Shown here one piece after another: positions 1 through 9,894 of a stretch of DNA of 64,000 bases. Position numbers and translations under genes: made by a program. The first letter of the stretch is position 1, and the number at the start of each line of letters is the position of its first letter. The notes under the pieces were generated by a model. The model did not search any database. It was given only the letters and a program-made list of their open reading frames with translations, and had not been told where the DNA came from. Source of the stretch: a virus (Duplodnaviria; Heunggongvirae; Uroviricota; Caudoviricetes; Demerecviridae); the IMG/VR virus record IMGVR_UViG_2974499565_000001, positions 38,703-102,702 of that record. One strand, given 5' to 3'.

Positions 1-1047
1 AATGGTTTTGGAATCTGGAAGTCTAGTCTGGTTAATGTAGTCGAGAAGAGCTACAGTAACTTTCTCACCGTATTTAGCAACTAGTTTGTTTAATTCTACA
101 TCAACTGTTGTAATAGACAGTTCGGGATCGTAAACGATGATCATAGGAGTATGAAGTTCGTGACTTTCAATGAGCTTGCTCTCCATATCGTAGAAGTCAC
201 TCATGCGAGCCATTGTATACTGCTTAACGAAGTTATCGAAAAGCTCTTCACCACCATTAAACATTCTAGCCCTAGTTCTTGCTAATCTCAAAAGAGCGGC
301 ACCTTCTAGTGTATTGTTACGCATTGCCAGTGCGGAAACACCAGCTAACATCGCTAAATTACGTCTGAATACCTCGTGCTCTTTCATCTCAATTGAGAAA
401 TATGGAGCAATGTCTCCATTCAAATATTGCTGAACCTGTATGTTTGAACAGATAATGGATTTACCAGTACCACGCCAACCACCAAGCAGTAACGTTTCTG
501 TACGAGCTAAACCAATTTGCGCGTCGAACTCATTACAAATACCAAGAGCAATCATGTTAAGTTTGGTATCTTCTTCTCTCTGGAAAATACGCATTGTGTC
601 TGCGTTGAATACCTTTCCAGTATTCGTTACTTTCTCTTCTAATTTTAAGTGAAGGGAGGCAACCCTGTTGAGAATTTCTCCCTGATCCAGCATTGTTAAA
701 TCTTGAAGCACGTCTGTTTCTAGAAGTTTCAGGAATAAATCCTGTGTATATTCAGCTTCTAGGACTTCAAGTGCCTGTTCCATGCTCACTTCTGGAATTT
801 GAGTGTTAGCTAAGACGACTAGAGCTTGAGAAAGGCGGGCGTTCCTGTTGGCCTCAAGCATAAGTGCGTCAATGGACGGCATTGCGTTATATTTTTTATA
901 ATAATTCTGGACGGCTTGGTAAATTGAGGAGAAAGCGTCATTAAAATGATCTTTATGCAGTTTTGAGAATGTTTCCAATGCTATTTGTTTCTGTTCGGAA
1001 GCCAGAAGCATCTTCAACACTACAGCTTGCACGTTAAACAAGGTCAT
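1..1047 (-). CDS. RecA-fold replicative helicase (DnaB-like), N-terminal part; gene continues beyond window start
   Basis: Minus-strand ORF from ATG at 1047..1045 with AGGAGA RBS. Hand translation MTLFNVQAVVLKML... contains Walker A 'LLGGWRGTGKS' (~nt 470-500). Missing from ORF track because it is truncated by the window edge. Confidence 0.45.
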   Translation of the reverse strand, partial: MTLFNVQAVVLKMLLASEQKQIALETFSKLHKDHFNDAFSSIYQAVQNYYKKYNAMPSIDALMLEANRNARLSQALVVLANTQIPEVSMEQALEVLEAEYTQDLFLKLLETDVLQDLTMLDQGEILNRVASLHLKLEEKVTNTGKVFNADTMRIFQREEDTKLNMIALGICNEFDAQIGLARTETLLLGGWRGTGKSIICSNIQVQQYLNGDIAPYFSIEMKEHEVFRRNLAMLAGVSALAMRNNTLEGAALLRLARTRARMFNGGEELFDNFVKQYTMARMSDFYDMESKLIESHELHTPMIIVYDPELSITTVDVELNKLVAKYGEKVTVALLDYINQTRLPDSKTI

Positions 1048-1079
1048 TCTCCTTTGCACGCTTTCGTGCCTTCTAAATG

Positions 1080-1115
1080 CAAAAAGGGGAAGGAGCATAG
1101 CCCCCTCCCCTTAGG
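1080..1115 (-). terminator. Rho-independent terminator downstream of 1130..1897 gene
   Basis: Minus-strand hairpin GGGGAGGGGGCTATGCTCCTTCCCC followed by TTTTT. Confidence 0.6.
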
Positions 1116-1129
1116 TTTAATTTACCAGA

Positions 1130-1897
1130 TTATTCAGCAGCCGCAGCTTTTGCATCCAGTTTAGCACGCTTAGCAGCACCATCATAGTCCTTAGCAACCA
1201 GACCACGACGAGACAGCATAGATTTAACACCGCGCTCAGACTTACCAGTTTTCTCAGCGATATCAGCAACAGTCATGTTAGCCAGATCCAGACCTTCTAA
1301 CAGATCTTCACGGGTTTTAGCGCTTGAAGTTTCCTGTACCGGCATAGCAGCGATACGACCTTCGCGAAGCAGGCTCAGAGCTTTACCACGGATCTGCTTG
1401 ATATTGCGACCGAAGTGAGCAGCGATAGCTTCAATAGTAGCACCAGCAACAACCTGATTAACGAAATCAGTTTCTTCATCAGGAGTGAAGGAACGAACAG
1501 CAGCAGCTTTTTCAGTTGGCTTAACAGCAGCAGTCATTTCCAGACTCAGAATCTTACCCTGTACCTGCTTAGCACCGAACTGACCACCAGCTACAGCAGC
1601 AGCGATTTCAGCGTAAGTATACTGACCAGCATGAGAGTTCAGGAAATCAACCAGTTCAGCTTCCTGCTCAGGAGTCCACGGGGATTTCTGTACTTCGTTA
1701 GCTTTCTGTACTTCGAAGCCTTCTTTACGCAGCTTAGAACCAACAGAGCGAGCGGTTACGTCCTTGCCAGTTTCAGCAGCCAGTTCTACAGCGATAGCAG
1801 CAACTTGTTCTTGAGAGATTACAGCTACACCCAGAGCAACGGCTTTAGCTTTCAGAGACTCGGTTACACCTTCTACGTTCCAGTTCAGTTTAGACAT
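1130..1897 (-). CDS. Hypothetical protein with Ala-rich repeats and C-terminal sigma70-region-4-like HTH
   Basis: 255-aa ORF. C-terminus 'MTVADIAEKTGKSERGVKSMLSRRG' is HTH-like. N-terminal module resembles the 4818..5228 product. Confidence 0.5.
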   Translation of the reverse strand: MSKLNWNVEGVTESLKAKAVALGVAVISQEQVAAIAVELAAETGKDVTARSVGSKLRKEGFEVQKANEVQKSPWTPEQEAELVDFLNSHAGQYTYAEIAAAVAGGQFGAKQVQGKILSLEMTAAVKPTEKAAAVRSFTPDEETDFVNQVVAGATIEAIAAHFGRNIKQIRGKALSLLREGRIAAMPVQETSSAKTREDLLEGLDLANMTVADIAEKTGKSERGVKSMLSRRGLVAKDYDGAAKRAKLDAKAAAAE

Positions 1898-2672
1898 TAT
1901 TATTTTTCTCCAATAGTTCTTTAATCGACAGGATTTCTATCCCATTCGTTTCGGCTTTCTTATAAGATGAGGAAGAACGCTTTGATTCATCCTCACAGAT
2001 GAGGTATTTGACGTCTTTGGTAACGGATTTCTTAACCGTATATCCTAGACTTTCAAGATAGTTTGTTGCATCCGTTCTATTTGCAAAATCTTGCAAAGAA
2101 CCGGTAATACACACCACGATTCCGTTCGGTTGGGCAGCTAAACCATCAGTAAAGATGATATCAGCTTTTTTGCCACTAATACCAGAACTAAATTTCCATG
2201 GTAGTTCGATAACATCCTTGCCTTGTGGGGAGTTTAGCCAGGCTTTATAATTTTCTCCAGCTTTGCCGTCAGCTTTAACATCGTTAAAGCTAGTGCAACC
2301 CTGGGATAGCTTTTTAGCAGCAACCTCTCCAATTAGAGGGATTCCTAAAGAACCGAGAACTGAACCGAAGTCAATGTCTCCGCGAATCTTAGTATTTAAC
2401 TCGCTAAGTAACTTAGCGGCAACCTTGCTTCCCACAGCTCCGACCAAATCTTCTTCGGTCAGGTAAAACAGTTCTGAGATCTTAGTCAGTTCCAGCTTTT
2501 CAATTGTTTTTGGGCCAAAACCCTTTAACTTCATCTTTGTGCAGAAGTTCTCAATTAATTTACTTGACTGAGCTGGACAGTTGGACTTATTCCGGCAGAA
2601 TAATTGTCCGTTGACAAGATCTAGCTTAGAACCACAAGAGGGACATTGTGTTGGAATTTCGATTTTCATCAA
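1890..2672 (-). CDS. NAD-dependent DNA ligase, C-terminal part (Zn-finger/HhH/BRCT), split-ligase subunit
   Basis: N-terminal Cys4 'CPSCGS...CRNKSNC', HhH region 'KLKGFGPKTIEKL', BRCT-like C-terminus. Sits immediately downstream of the adenylation-domain gene. Confidence 0.7.
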   Translation of the reverse strand: MMKIEIPTQCPSCGSKLDLVNGQLFCRNKSNCPAQSSKLIENFCTKMKLKGFGPKTIEKLELTKISELFYLTEEDLVGAVGSKVAAKLLSELNTKIRGDIDFGSVLGSLGIPLIGEVAAKKLSQGCTSFNDVKADGKAGENYKAWLNSPQGKDVIELPWKFSSGISGKKADIIFTDGLAAQPNGIVVCITGSLQDFANRTDATNYLESLGYTVKKSVTKDVKYLICEDESKRSSSSYKKAETNGIEILSIKELLEKNNNV

Positions 2673-2694
2673 ATTTCTTCCTTATCAATTTATA

Positions 2695-2730
2695 CAACTA
2701 TTATAGCAAGTATTTAAGCATTTAGCAACT
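2695..2730 (-). promoter_or_regulatory. Phage early-type sigma70 promoter (minus strand) between the two ligase genes
   Basis: Reverse complement gives TTGCTA (-35, 2723..2728), 17-bp spacer, TATAAT (-10, 2700..2705), then ATAAATTGATAAGGAAG downstream box. Confidence 0.6.
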
Positions 2731-2871
2731 ACAATTTTAAATAACTTTGCTTACCCTCGCCATAACATTCTATCCCTCAACTGAATGATAATAGTATATA
2801 CCTAAGCGGCGAAAATGTCAATAACCACTTTATAATTCCGATATGGTGAACGGGTAGCAAAGGGTTACGAC

Positions 2872-3846
2872 TTACTCGTACACTCGCTCTATTATACAAG
2901 GGATTACACCACCAGCACGAATCACTCGAATCTGGCAACCGATCTCTAAATCGAGAGCGTTAATATAGTCAACATTATTAAGAGTTGCTTTAACGATTGT
3001 GGCATCATCAATAATCACCGGTTCGAAATAACCCACAGGAGTTACTTTACCAGATGCCCCCACCTGCCATTCAACTTTAATCAACGTTGTTACTTCACCT
3101 TCTTCATCTTCTTTAACTGCATAAGCAGCACGAGGATGTTTATTAGTCCAACCTTCACGGAAGAATTTATTGTTATCGTTAATACGAACAACACGACCAT
3201 CCGTTGGGAACCACTTGAAGTAGTTTTTAATATTCAGAACAGTGATGAAATCTTCGTTAGCTAACCAAGCCATATCATCCATGTAAGTTCCAGTGATACC
3301 TACAGTATCTTCGGAACATTGAATACCATAAGCTGCGAAGATCAATCCACCTTCTGCAATACGTTCGATGAAATCATCTTCTTCTTTTAAGTTGATAGCA
3401 CCCGAAGCATAGTTACGTTTGTTTTCTACTTCTTTAGTGATAAGAACTTCACCAGTAATTTGAGTTGGTACTTTTTGGGAAATCTTTTTCGGGATGTTCA
3501 GCAATCTAACGTTGCTTGTGACATCATTTCCTAGAATACCATTACCACGAGTCAATGCTTGGACAAACGTTCCATCAATATACAATAGAGAAATTGCACA
3601 ACCGTCTAGCTTGTCAGTTTCTACATCATCAAGAGTAGTAAACGGGGCTTTATCACCACGATCGAAGTAAACTTTTTGCAAAGAGTACATGCGATATAGA
3701 TGTGGAATATCTCCTTTCGGGCCGATAGCGTCTTCCGCTGTTGGAAAGCGTTTTAGCAGACGATCGTATTCAGCATCAGAAATAATACTATAACCCCGAT
3801 AATACGCTTCTTGACAACGTTGGATAAACTCTTTTACATTACTCAT
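2872..3846 (-). CDS. NAD-dependent DNA ligase, N-terminal adenylation domain (split-ligase subunit)
   Basis: KxDG adenylation motif 'ETDKLDGCAISLLY'. Start chosen at MSNVKEF (ATG 3846..3844), overlapping the stop of the upstream small ORF as ATGAGTAA. Confidence 0.7.
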   Translation of the reverse strand: MSNVKEFIQRCQEAYYRGYSIISDAEYDRLLKRFPTAEDAIGPKGDIPHLYRMYSLQKVYFDRGDKAPFTTLDDVETDKLDGCAISLLYIDGTFVQALTRGNGILGNDVTSNVRLLNIPKKISQKVPTQITGEVLITKEVENKRNYASGAINLKEEDDFIERIAEGGLIFAAYGIQCSEDTVGITGTYMDDMAWLANEDFITVLNIKNYFKWFPTDGRVVRINDNNKFFREGWTNKHPRAAYAVKEDEEGEVTTLIKVEWQVGASGKVTPVGYFEPVIIDDATIVKATLNNVDYINALDLEIGCQIRVIRAGGVIPCIIERVYE

Positions 3847-4057
3847 CGTAGGCGATTTCCATCTTGAGTTCTTTATTATACTGCGCAACCATACCAGCTA
3901 AATCAGCAGATTCTTTTAGAAACGCATCTTTGTACGCTTTTTGATTTACTGTGCCGATACTATCTTGGTATTTAATGCGAGCTGTGGAAAGCAAATTAAG
4001 TTTTGCTTGAATTTTGGGAAGTGTTACTGTCATTGCCATAATTGATCCTCTCATCAA
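3839..4057 (-). CDS. Hypothetical small protein
   Basis: 72-aa ORF. Its stop overlaps the ligase start. Confidence 0.4.
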   Translation of the reverse strand: MMRGSIMAMTVTLPKIQAKLNLLSTARIKYQDSIGTVNQKAYKDAFLKESADLAGMVAQYNKELKMEIAYDE

Positions 4058-4064
4058 TTTATAT

Positions 4065-4100
4065 AAATATTATATATTAAAATTGAGCTGAAAGCAAGTA
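4065..4100 (-). promoter_or_regulatory. Phage early-type promoter (minus strand)
   Basis: Reverse complement gives TTGCTT (-35, 4092..4097), 16-bp spacer, TATAAT (-10, 4070..4075), then the conserved ATAAATTGATGAGAGG box. Confidence 0.55.
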
Positions 4101-4124
4101 CATTTATAAAGAAAAAGCCAAGAG

Positions 4125-4433
4125 CTATTCAGTCTTGGCTTTGATTTCCTCAGCCCTTTTCTGTACTTCTGCAAGAACCTCAGATTCACTAAGGATTTGC
4201 GTAAAAGCGTAGAATAGTTGTGAGGTAGTTTCTAGAGTGTACGGAAAAGAGAAGCCGGATTTCGTTGGAAACCATTCTCCAGTAATATCCTGGAGCCAAT
4301 ACCTAATTCCCATGTATAGATTCCCACGAAATTCAGATACTGTCAACCTTACTTGTTCACCTTCCTTTTCCCATAGAAGGATTGATTGATCATCAACGTG
4401 TCCTTCATAGTTTTGGTTTACCTGATCGCTCAT
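4125..4433 (-). CDS. Hypothetical protein
   Basis: 102-aa ORF, good coding density. Confidence 0.45.
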   Translation of the reverse strand: MSDQVNQNYEGHVDDQSILLWEKEGEQVRLTVSEFRGNLYMGIRYWLQDITGEWFPTKSGFSFPYTLETTSQLFYAFTQILSESEVLAEVQKRAEEIKAKTE

Positions 4434-4439
4434 TTACGT

Positions 4440-4475
4440 TTCTCAAATAGACAAAAAGCCCCATATAGGGGCTAA
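4440..4475 (-). terminator. Rho-independent terminator
   Basis: Minus-strand hairpin AGCCCCTATATGGGGCT followed by TTTTG. Confidence 0.55.
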
Positions 4476-4483
4476 TTGCTTTC

Positions 4484-4780
4484 TTATCGGCCTACTGGAG
4501 AAGCACGATCTAACTCTGACTGAAGGCTCGTAATGCGACGAACTTTCGCAACAGGAATGAAACGGAAACTATCATTAGTACGGGAGAAAACGAGGATCTC
4601 GTCGTCCTTAGCCTTACGAATACGTTCACGTTTAATGCGCTCTGCCAGGTATTTATCCTGGGTAGGATCAAACTCCATCGTACCCTGAAGGTACGTGGTT
4701 CCTTTCTGACGCAGTTTCTCATAATGGAGATAAAACTCACCAAATTTGTTGCATTGTGCAATGATTTCAGCTTTATTCAT
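4484..4780 (-). CDS. Hypothetical protein
   Basis: 98-aa ORF. Confidence 0.4.
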   Translation of the reverse strand: MNKAEIIAQCNKFGEFYLHYEKLRQKGTTYLQGTMEFDPTQDKYLAERIKRERIRKAKDDEILVFSRTNDSFRFIPVAKVRRITSLQSELDRASPVGR

Positions 4781-4817
4781 AACTGTATTTCCTTGTGTGG
4801 TGGATTTATCTTGAGAA

Positions 4818-5228
4818 TTACTTAGTGATAGCTCGGACAGCTTCTGCCAGATGTGCAGCGGCTTTACCGGTCAGTTTGTCGATAATCGCAGAATCTAAGA
4901 AGTCTGGAGCCAGACCTGCATCAGAGAATGCAGACAGAAGATCCGCATGAGCTTGAGCTTTAGAAGTACGAGAACCACCGGAAGCTTTTTCTCCAGTAGA
5001 TGCGCTTGATTTAGAAGCGGAGCCAGCAGCTTTCTTGATATACAGACCTGCTTTAGTCAACTTCATACGGAAGCCGTTCGGAGTTACACCGTTTTCCTGA
5101 GCGATTTCGTTAACAATTTCCATGCTAACGCCCGGACGCTCATCTTCTGGGAATTGCTCCATACGAGCAACGTAATCGGAAGACATTTTTTCGAACAGTT
5201 CATCAGTCCACTGAGTTGGAGTAGTCAT
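4818..5228 (-). CDS. Hypothetical protein (module shared with 1130..1897 product)
   Basis: 136-aa ORF. 'WTDELFEKM...' region resembles the 'WTPEQEAELVDFL...' region of the 255-aa protein. Confidence 0.45.
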   Translation of the reverse strand: MTTPTQWTDELFEKMSSDYVARMEQFPEDERPGVSMEIVNEIAQENGVTPNGFRMKLTKAGLYIKKAAGSASKSSASTGEKASGGSRTSKAQAHADLLSAFSDAGLAPDFLDSAIIDKLTGKAAAHLAEAVRAITK

Positions 5229-5279
5229 ATTTTTGAATTTCCTTAATTAAGAATTAAACAGAATAGTTCTTTCAAACTA

Positions 5280-5315
5280 TGAGAATATTATATCAAGAAT
5301 TACGGGATTACGCAA
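5280..5315 (-). promoter_or_regulatory. Phage early-type promoter (minus strand)
   Basis: Reverse complement gives TTGCGT (-35, 5308..5313), 16-bp spacer, TATAAT (-10, 5286..5291). Confidence 0.5.
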
Positions 5316-5335
5316 CTGAAATTTTTCAGTAACTG

Positions 5336-5590
5336 CTATACCTCTAGTTCAACGATCTCCCAATCGTCCGCCAGTGCTTCTTCTAGGGTCAAATAAATAG
5401 TACGTACAACCGGAGGAGTATTCTTCTCGTACCAAGTACATTCCTTGACAATACCAGAATCTACATCCATTTCCATTAGGATGGTCTCAGTAATACTATT
5501 TTCCCAGCAATCTCGCTGGAGATATTTGACGTCTCCAGCTTTTAACAGATCAGTTAATTTACTCACCACGTCTTCCTTTTTCTTTATCAA
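5336..5590 (-). CDS. Hypothetical protein
   Basis: 84-aa ORF. Confidence 0.4.
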   Translation of the reverse strand: MIKKKEDVVSKLTDLLKAGDVKYLQRDCWENSITETILMEMDVDSGIVKECTWYEKNTPPVVRTIYLTLEEALADDWEIVELEV

Positions 5591-6263
5591 GTTTCAGGGC
5601 AGCTTTAACAGCTTCATTGACTAACGTGATTACCTCTTCACGACTATATTTGAATCCTAGAGCCTTAACATCAACTCCCAGCTCTTGCAGATGTTTTACA
5701 GAAGCTAACTCGTAGTTCATATAGTGAACGTTCTGTTGTTTACCTTCCCCCAGCAACCACACACGATAAGCACCTACTGGATTAGTTAATGTTTTCTTAA
5801 CTTCACCAATACACTGATATCCAGGAACCCAAACAAGCTCGCCAACTTCAAATTCCTCTGCCATTGCATCATCTGGAACCATTGGTGGATGTAGTGGATC
5901 GACAATATCATTGATCCGAAGCAGGGCACCGTAACGTTCAAGAACAGACTTAATCATAGCTACAGAACGATAGTTACGATCGGCAATTTCTTCGAAAGAA
6001 TCACCAGATAAATACTGCTCAATTACGTTTGCAAGCTCAACACCTTGAATCAGCGTGCCACGCTTCTTTTTCTTCATTTCCGCGACTTGAGTCTGGCGAT
6101 CCTGCCACTCTTCTATCATCCTTTCCATTGTCGGGTTAGAAGAAACTCCCAGCATTTCACAAGCAGCTTTCTTCGTTCCACCGCTCTCCAGATGTTCAAT
6201 AACCTTCTTGAATACATCATCGGAGATTTCGTGGATTTGCTTTTTTCTACGAGAACCAGCCAT
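5559..6263 (-). CDS. Putative DNA-binding protein (N-terminal HTH)
   Basis: 234-aa ORF. 'GTKKAACEMLGVSSNPTMERMIEEW' is HTH-like. C-terminus is basic. Confidence 0.45.
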   Translation of the reverse strand: MAGSRRKKQIHEISDDVFKKVIEHLESGGTKKAACEMLGVSSNPTMERMIEEWQDRQTQVAEMKKKKRGTLIQGVELANVIEQYLSGDSFEEIADRNYRSVAMIKSVLERYGALLRINDIVDPLHPPMVPDDAMAEEFEVGELVWVPGYQCIGEVKKTLTNPVGAYRVWLLGEGKQQNVHYMNYELASVKHLQELGVDVKALGFKYSREEVITLVNEAVKAALKLDKEKGRRGE

Positions 6264-6289
6264 TTAAATACTCCTCTCTCAAATTTATG

Positions 6290-6326
6290 AATCTATTATA
6301 CAGAAAATTTTTGCAGGATGCAAATA
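6290..6326 (-). promoter_or_regulatory. Phage early-type promoter (minus strand)
   Basis: Reverse complement gives TTGCAT (-35, 6318..6323), 17-bp spacer, TATAAT (-10, 6295..6300), then ATAAATTTGAGAGAGG. Confidence 0.55.
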
Positions 6327-6331
6327 AATTT

Positions 6332-6790
6332 TTAATTTGGATAGAGTTCGGACTTAAAATTAGCCCTAACTTTTTTAGCCTCTTCTATAGTATTGCACTG
6401 CTGGTACTTACGAATAGATCCTTTCTGCATTAGCACACAATATTTATCACCCCTCATGTAGATATTAGGCTCGCCTAACTTATTGTCTTTACGTACATTA
6501 ATATTGTGCATTTGCTTAGATCTATTGGAGTCTTCTAAATTCTCTATAAAGTTGCAATCTTTAATCCTGTTTTTGTGGTCTATCTCTTCTGGTATGTACC
6601 CCTTATGATATAAGAATACCAGCTGATGCTCTCCCCAGTGCCTACGCTTAAACCCTATTCTTATATACCCTTTATGTTTACCACCGGCAAACTTACCTAC
6701 TAGACTCTTCTGTCTTGTTTTCTTCCATTTAAGATGGCCTGTTTCAGGATCATATTCAAAAGCCTCTCTAACCTCTTCCTGTGTTATCAT
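6332..6790 (-). CDS. HNH homing endonuclease (HNH/AP2-type)
   Basis: Motif 'GYIPEEIDHKNRIKDCNFIENL'. Family shared with 17693, 20636, 47767 and 56126. Confidence 0.65.
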   Translation of the reverse strand: MITQEEVREAFEYDPETGHLKWKKTRQKSLVGKFAGGKHKGYIRIGFKRRHWGEHQLVFLYHKGYIPEEIDHKNRIKDCNFIENLEDSNRSKQMHNINVRKDNKLGEPNIYMRGDKYCVLMQKGSIRKYQQCNTIEEAKKVRANFKSELYPN

Positions 6791-7019
6791 TTTCTTTAAT
6801 CAATTCTCCCAATTCTCTATAGATTTGGTCTAACTCAAAAGATATACGTAATGATATGCTTTGCTTTCTCTGCTTTAGCAACCATGTGCCTATGCCATTT
6901 ATGGATGCTAGTCTAGCAGGAACCACCCTACATAACTTTTCCGCAGTGTCATATCCAGAACGTTTACTCTCTTTTACGGAAAACTTCCTTGTTTCCCACT
7001 TTTTATTCTTTGCTGTCAT
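6768..7019 (-). CDS. Hypothetical protein
   Basis: 83-aa ORF overlapping neighbouring stops and starts. Confidence 0.35.
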   Translation of the reverse strand: MTAKNKKWETRKFSVKESKRSGYDTAEKLCRVVPARLASINGIGTWLLKQRKQSISLRISFELDQIYRELGELIKENDNTGRG

Positions 7020-9894
7020 TTTTGGCTCCTAACTCAGCTAAAACCTCTTCATGCATCTGACGTTCTTCATCCGTCATGAACTTAACCGGAATCGGCATAC
7101 ACTCGATCTTACAGTAAGTTCTGTACCAGTCCACAATCCTTTCAGTATCCATATCCTTACCAATACCCATCATCCCCAAATACATACGAGCATATTTTGG
7201 ATTTGCACTCTGACCTGTTTTAAGGAAGAAATCTTTCTTCTTGCCTTTCAGGGCTTCGATAAATGGTTTGATTGTGACATTTGAACATTTCTTAATATCT
7301 TCCCAGAACATCTCGTGCATTTTATGGAAAAACGCTGCACGATCATTTGGTTTATCCTTGATATACTGCTCAACGTGTTCGACTGTTACATCCTTGATAG
7401 ACTCAAGATGATAATAACGAACAAGTAAAAGTTTCGCCTCATAAGCATCCGCATGACGTGGTGCACAATAATCAGGAGTTGAGTGAAGAATAGCTTTAAT
7501 TCGTTCTTCTATGTACTCTTTGTTTGCGCCCTCGATAGTTCCCCAGCTTTCACTGAAGATATCAATAGTTGCACCCTGATCTAACAAGTAATAACGCAGA
7601 GTACTTGTATAGTTCCTAGACTCTAGCTCACGACGGCGTGCATAAAGTTGCTGAGCTAACTCAATCCAACCTTCGTCAATATTATACTGCTCGGAACCCG
7701 CAGAAAATCCACTTGTAGACTTATCAATAAAGTAATAGATATTCTGAGCACCACGGTCGCGCCTGATTGCTTGGAAACGCATGTTTGGCGCTTGATTACT
7801 GGTTCGAGTAATAACGAATACGTTATCGAAATAGTTAAAGTCAACGCCGCTAGTTACAGATGGACTACATAACAAACAATCGATCTGTTGATCGATTAGC
7901 TCATTAGTTGTATAATCCAGAATACGACGAATATCCACATCAGACGTGGAGTTTGAGTGGATTTCTTTAACTAATGCGCCTGTATTACGACGTAACGCCA
8001 TACCTTTTTCATTCAGTTCATCTGGACCACAGTCAGATACTAGGATAGATTTCTCACCCATCTCTAGGGACGTTTGTAATGCAACCCAAATACTGGATTC
8101 GTCAGGAAACTCATACGCATGAGCTTTTGCCAGCATTTTACGGTGATGATTATAGAACGCCACCGGTTTATCAAAATCAATCAAAGAACCATAGGCTTCA
8201 ATCGTTTCGGCACTGATATCACCATCAGATAGAATAACTGTTTTAGCTGTCATTAGAATATCGCGAAGGACTTGAATACATTCACGACGATTCTTAACAA
8301 CGGGGGCAAATAACAGATCATTCATTACCGCATCACATTCATCGATAAAGATTGTATCAATCTGACCAACAAAGCTTTTGAACTTATGAATTGAGTGAAT
8401 CGTAGTTGACATACGATCAATCGCACCACGCTTGAAGTTTAGCATATCTACAGACTTATCATACTGACCAGCACTAAATTTCTTCGCGTTTGAAGATACC
8501 AGGGCACGAGTGTTTGTCACCGCAATGAAGTTACCCGGAAGAACGCCAGCATCTAACCACTTCGTTACTGCTGTAGTTTTACCTGTACCAAGACTTGCCT
8601 TAACAAAAGTTAGGTGATCTTTTGGCGGTACAATGTTAATTTTTAGATACGGGACTTCTGCTGGAGAATCCGTAGTTAACTGTTTTAGGGGAACACCCTT
8701 CAAGTTCTGTGGAATATCTCTACGACTATTATTAACAAACGCTTTTAATGCCTGTTTACGACCGTTATTAAAGTAATCCTGAATATTACGACTATTATCT
8801 TTAGTTGCAATGTATTCAGACAAGGCTGGTTTAATCTCGCGCTCTAGCCATGCAAAATCAACACCATCTTCTAGCGCTCGGTGATACAGCTTCGGAATAA
8901 TACGCAGGTACACTCCGTCCTCAGCTTCTTCTAATTCGCTGATGGTTTCTTCTACTTTTTCAGAAGCGGCTTTCTTACCTTTAATTTGGTCGAGTAAAGA
9001 ATAGAACTCTTCTCTAAACTCACCTCTAGTTGTTTCATAATCAACTAGGTTGTTTGGTAAATTTACTTTCGAACCCTTAACGTACACAAGACGTGGTTTA
9101 TTCTCCGCTTTAAACGGATCTACAATATCATCTGTAAATAAAGGGTCAGCAAAATAGTGAAGCTGTACAGAAGAATAATAAGCTAAGTCAGCAATATCAA
9201 AACCATACTTTTGCTTACTACTATCATTGATAGATGTAAATAAGAACTTTAGTTGTCCCTGCGTCACCTTAACATTAGATTCTAGCATTAAGTGCATTCG
9301 GATACCTGGTTTTAGTCCAGCCGAAGACGATGCATGAGCAATGAACCCTGCATCAAGAGGAAACATATCCTCACTAATACTATTTAACATCTTAATGATA
9401 TGACGTGCCATGCCAACAAGATTAAACTTGTCATAGCCACCAGTATCTACAATACCATCCACGTCCATAGCGATAATATGACTAGGATTGGATACGTTAA
9501 AGTTTCCCCTGGTACGACGCACATTATCTTTTGGAGCTAAACATTTACCACGAATAGCTACAATATGCGGGTCTTTGGTAAGACGACGCATGATAGGTAA
9601 CATTTCAGCAAGGTTTTGCGGGTCAAGTTCTTCAAGTACATCAAATTTGAAGGGCATGGGAGCTGGTTTACCTTCTGGATGCTCTTTAGAGAATCGCTTT
9701 GCAAAGGTGTAATCTTCCACTTTGATCTCTTTCCAGATGCCAGTGGCTTTATCTCTGGAAAATCCTGCGTGACCTTGTAGGATTGAGAACACAACAATAC
9801 TCCTATGTTGGTTATTCGGATATCTTTCTTTAGGACTATTCAAAAGAATAGAACAACTATTACTACCATTTACACAAACATTAATCATCATCAA
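7003..9894 (-). CDS. Large SF2-type ATPase/helicase (replication origin-binding-protein-like)
   Basis: 963-aa ORF. Walker A 'GTGKTT', Walker B 'IFIDECD', SAT-like motif. The true start may be the internal M at ~9657 (MPFKFDV) because the first 79 residues look low-complexity. Confidence 0.55.
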   Translation of the reverse strand: MMMINVCVNGSNSCSILLNSPKERYPNNQHRSIVVFSILQGHAGFSRDKATGIWKEIKVEDYTFAKRFSKEHPEGKPAPMPFKFDVLEELDPQNLAEMLPIMRRLTKDPHIVAIRGKCLAPKDNVRRTRGNFNVSNPSHIIAMDVDGIVDTGGYDKFNLVGMARHIIKMLNSISEDMFPLDAGFIAHASSSAGLKPGIRMHLMLESNVKVTQGQLKFLFTSINDSSKQKYGFDIADLAYYSSVQLHYFADPLFTDDIVDPFKAENKPRLVYVKGSKVNLPNNLVDYETTRGEFREEFYSLLDQIKGKKAASEKVEETISELEEAEDGVYLRIIPKLYHRALEDGVDFAWLEREIKPALSEYIATKDNSRNIQDYFNNGRKQALKAFVNNSRRDIPQNLKGVPLKQLTTDSPAEVPYLKINIVPPKDHLTFVKASLGTGKTTAVTKWLDAGVLPGNFIAVTNTRALVSSNAKKFSAGQYDKSVDMLNFKRGAIDRMSTTIHSIHKFKSFVGQIDTIFIDECDAVMNDLLFAPVVKNRRECIQVLRDILMTAKTVILSDGDISAETIEAYGSLIDFDKPVAFYNHHRKMLAKAHAYEFPDESSIWVALQTSLEMGEKSILVSDCGPDELNEKGMALRRNTGALVKEIHSNSTSDVDIRRILDYTTNELIDQQIDCLLCSPSVTSGVDFNYFDNVFVITRTSNQAPNMRFQAIRRDRGAQNIYYFIDKSTSGFSAGSEQYNIDEGWIELAQQLYARRRELESRNYTSTLRYYLLDQGATIDIFSESWGTIEGANKEYIEERIKAILHSTPDYCAPRHADAYEAKLLLVRYYHLESIKDVTVEHVEQYIKDKPNDRAAFFHKMHEMFWEDIKKCSNVTIKPFIEALKGKKKDFFLKTGQSANPKYARMYLGMMGIGKDMDTERIVDWYRTYCKIECMPIPVKFMTDEERQMHEEVLAELGAKNDSKE

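Noticed and set aside
203-652. Plus-strand ORFs 203..433 and 440..652 from the six-frame track
   Set aside because: They lie antisense to the Walker-A-containing helicase gene on the minus strand and have low-complexity composition and no RBS. Treated as spurious.
1415-1924. 169-aa plus-strand ORF overlapping the 1130..1897 gene
   Set aside because: Ser/Phe-rich low-complexity product antisense to a well-formed gene that has a terminator and RBS.
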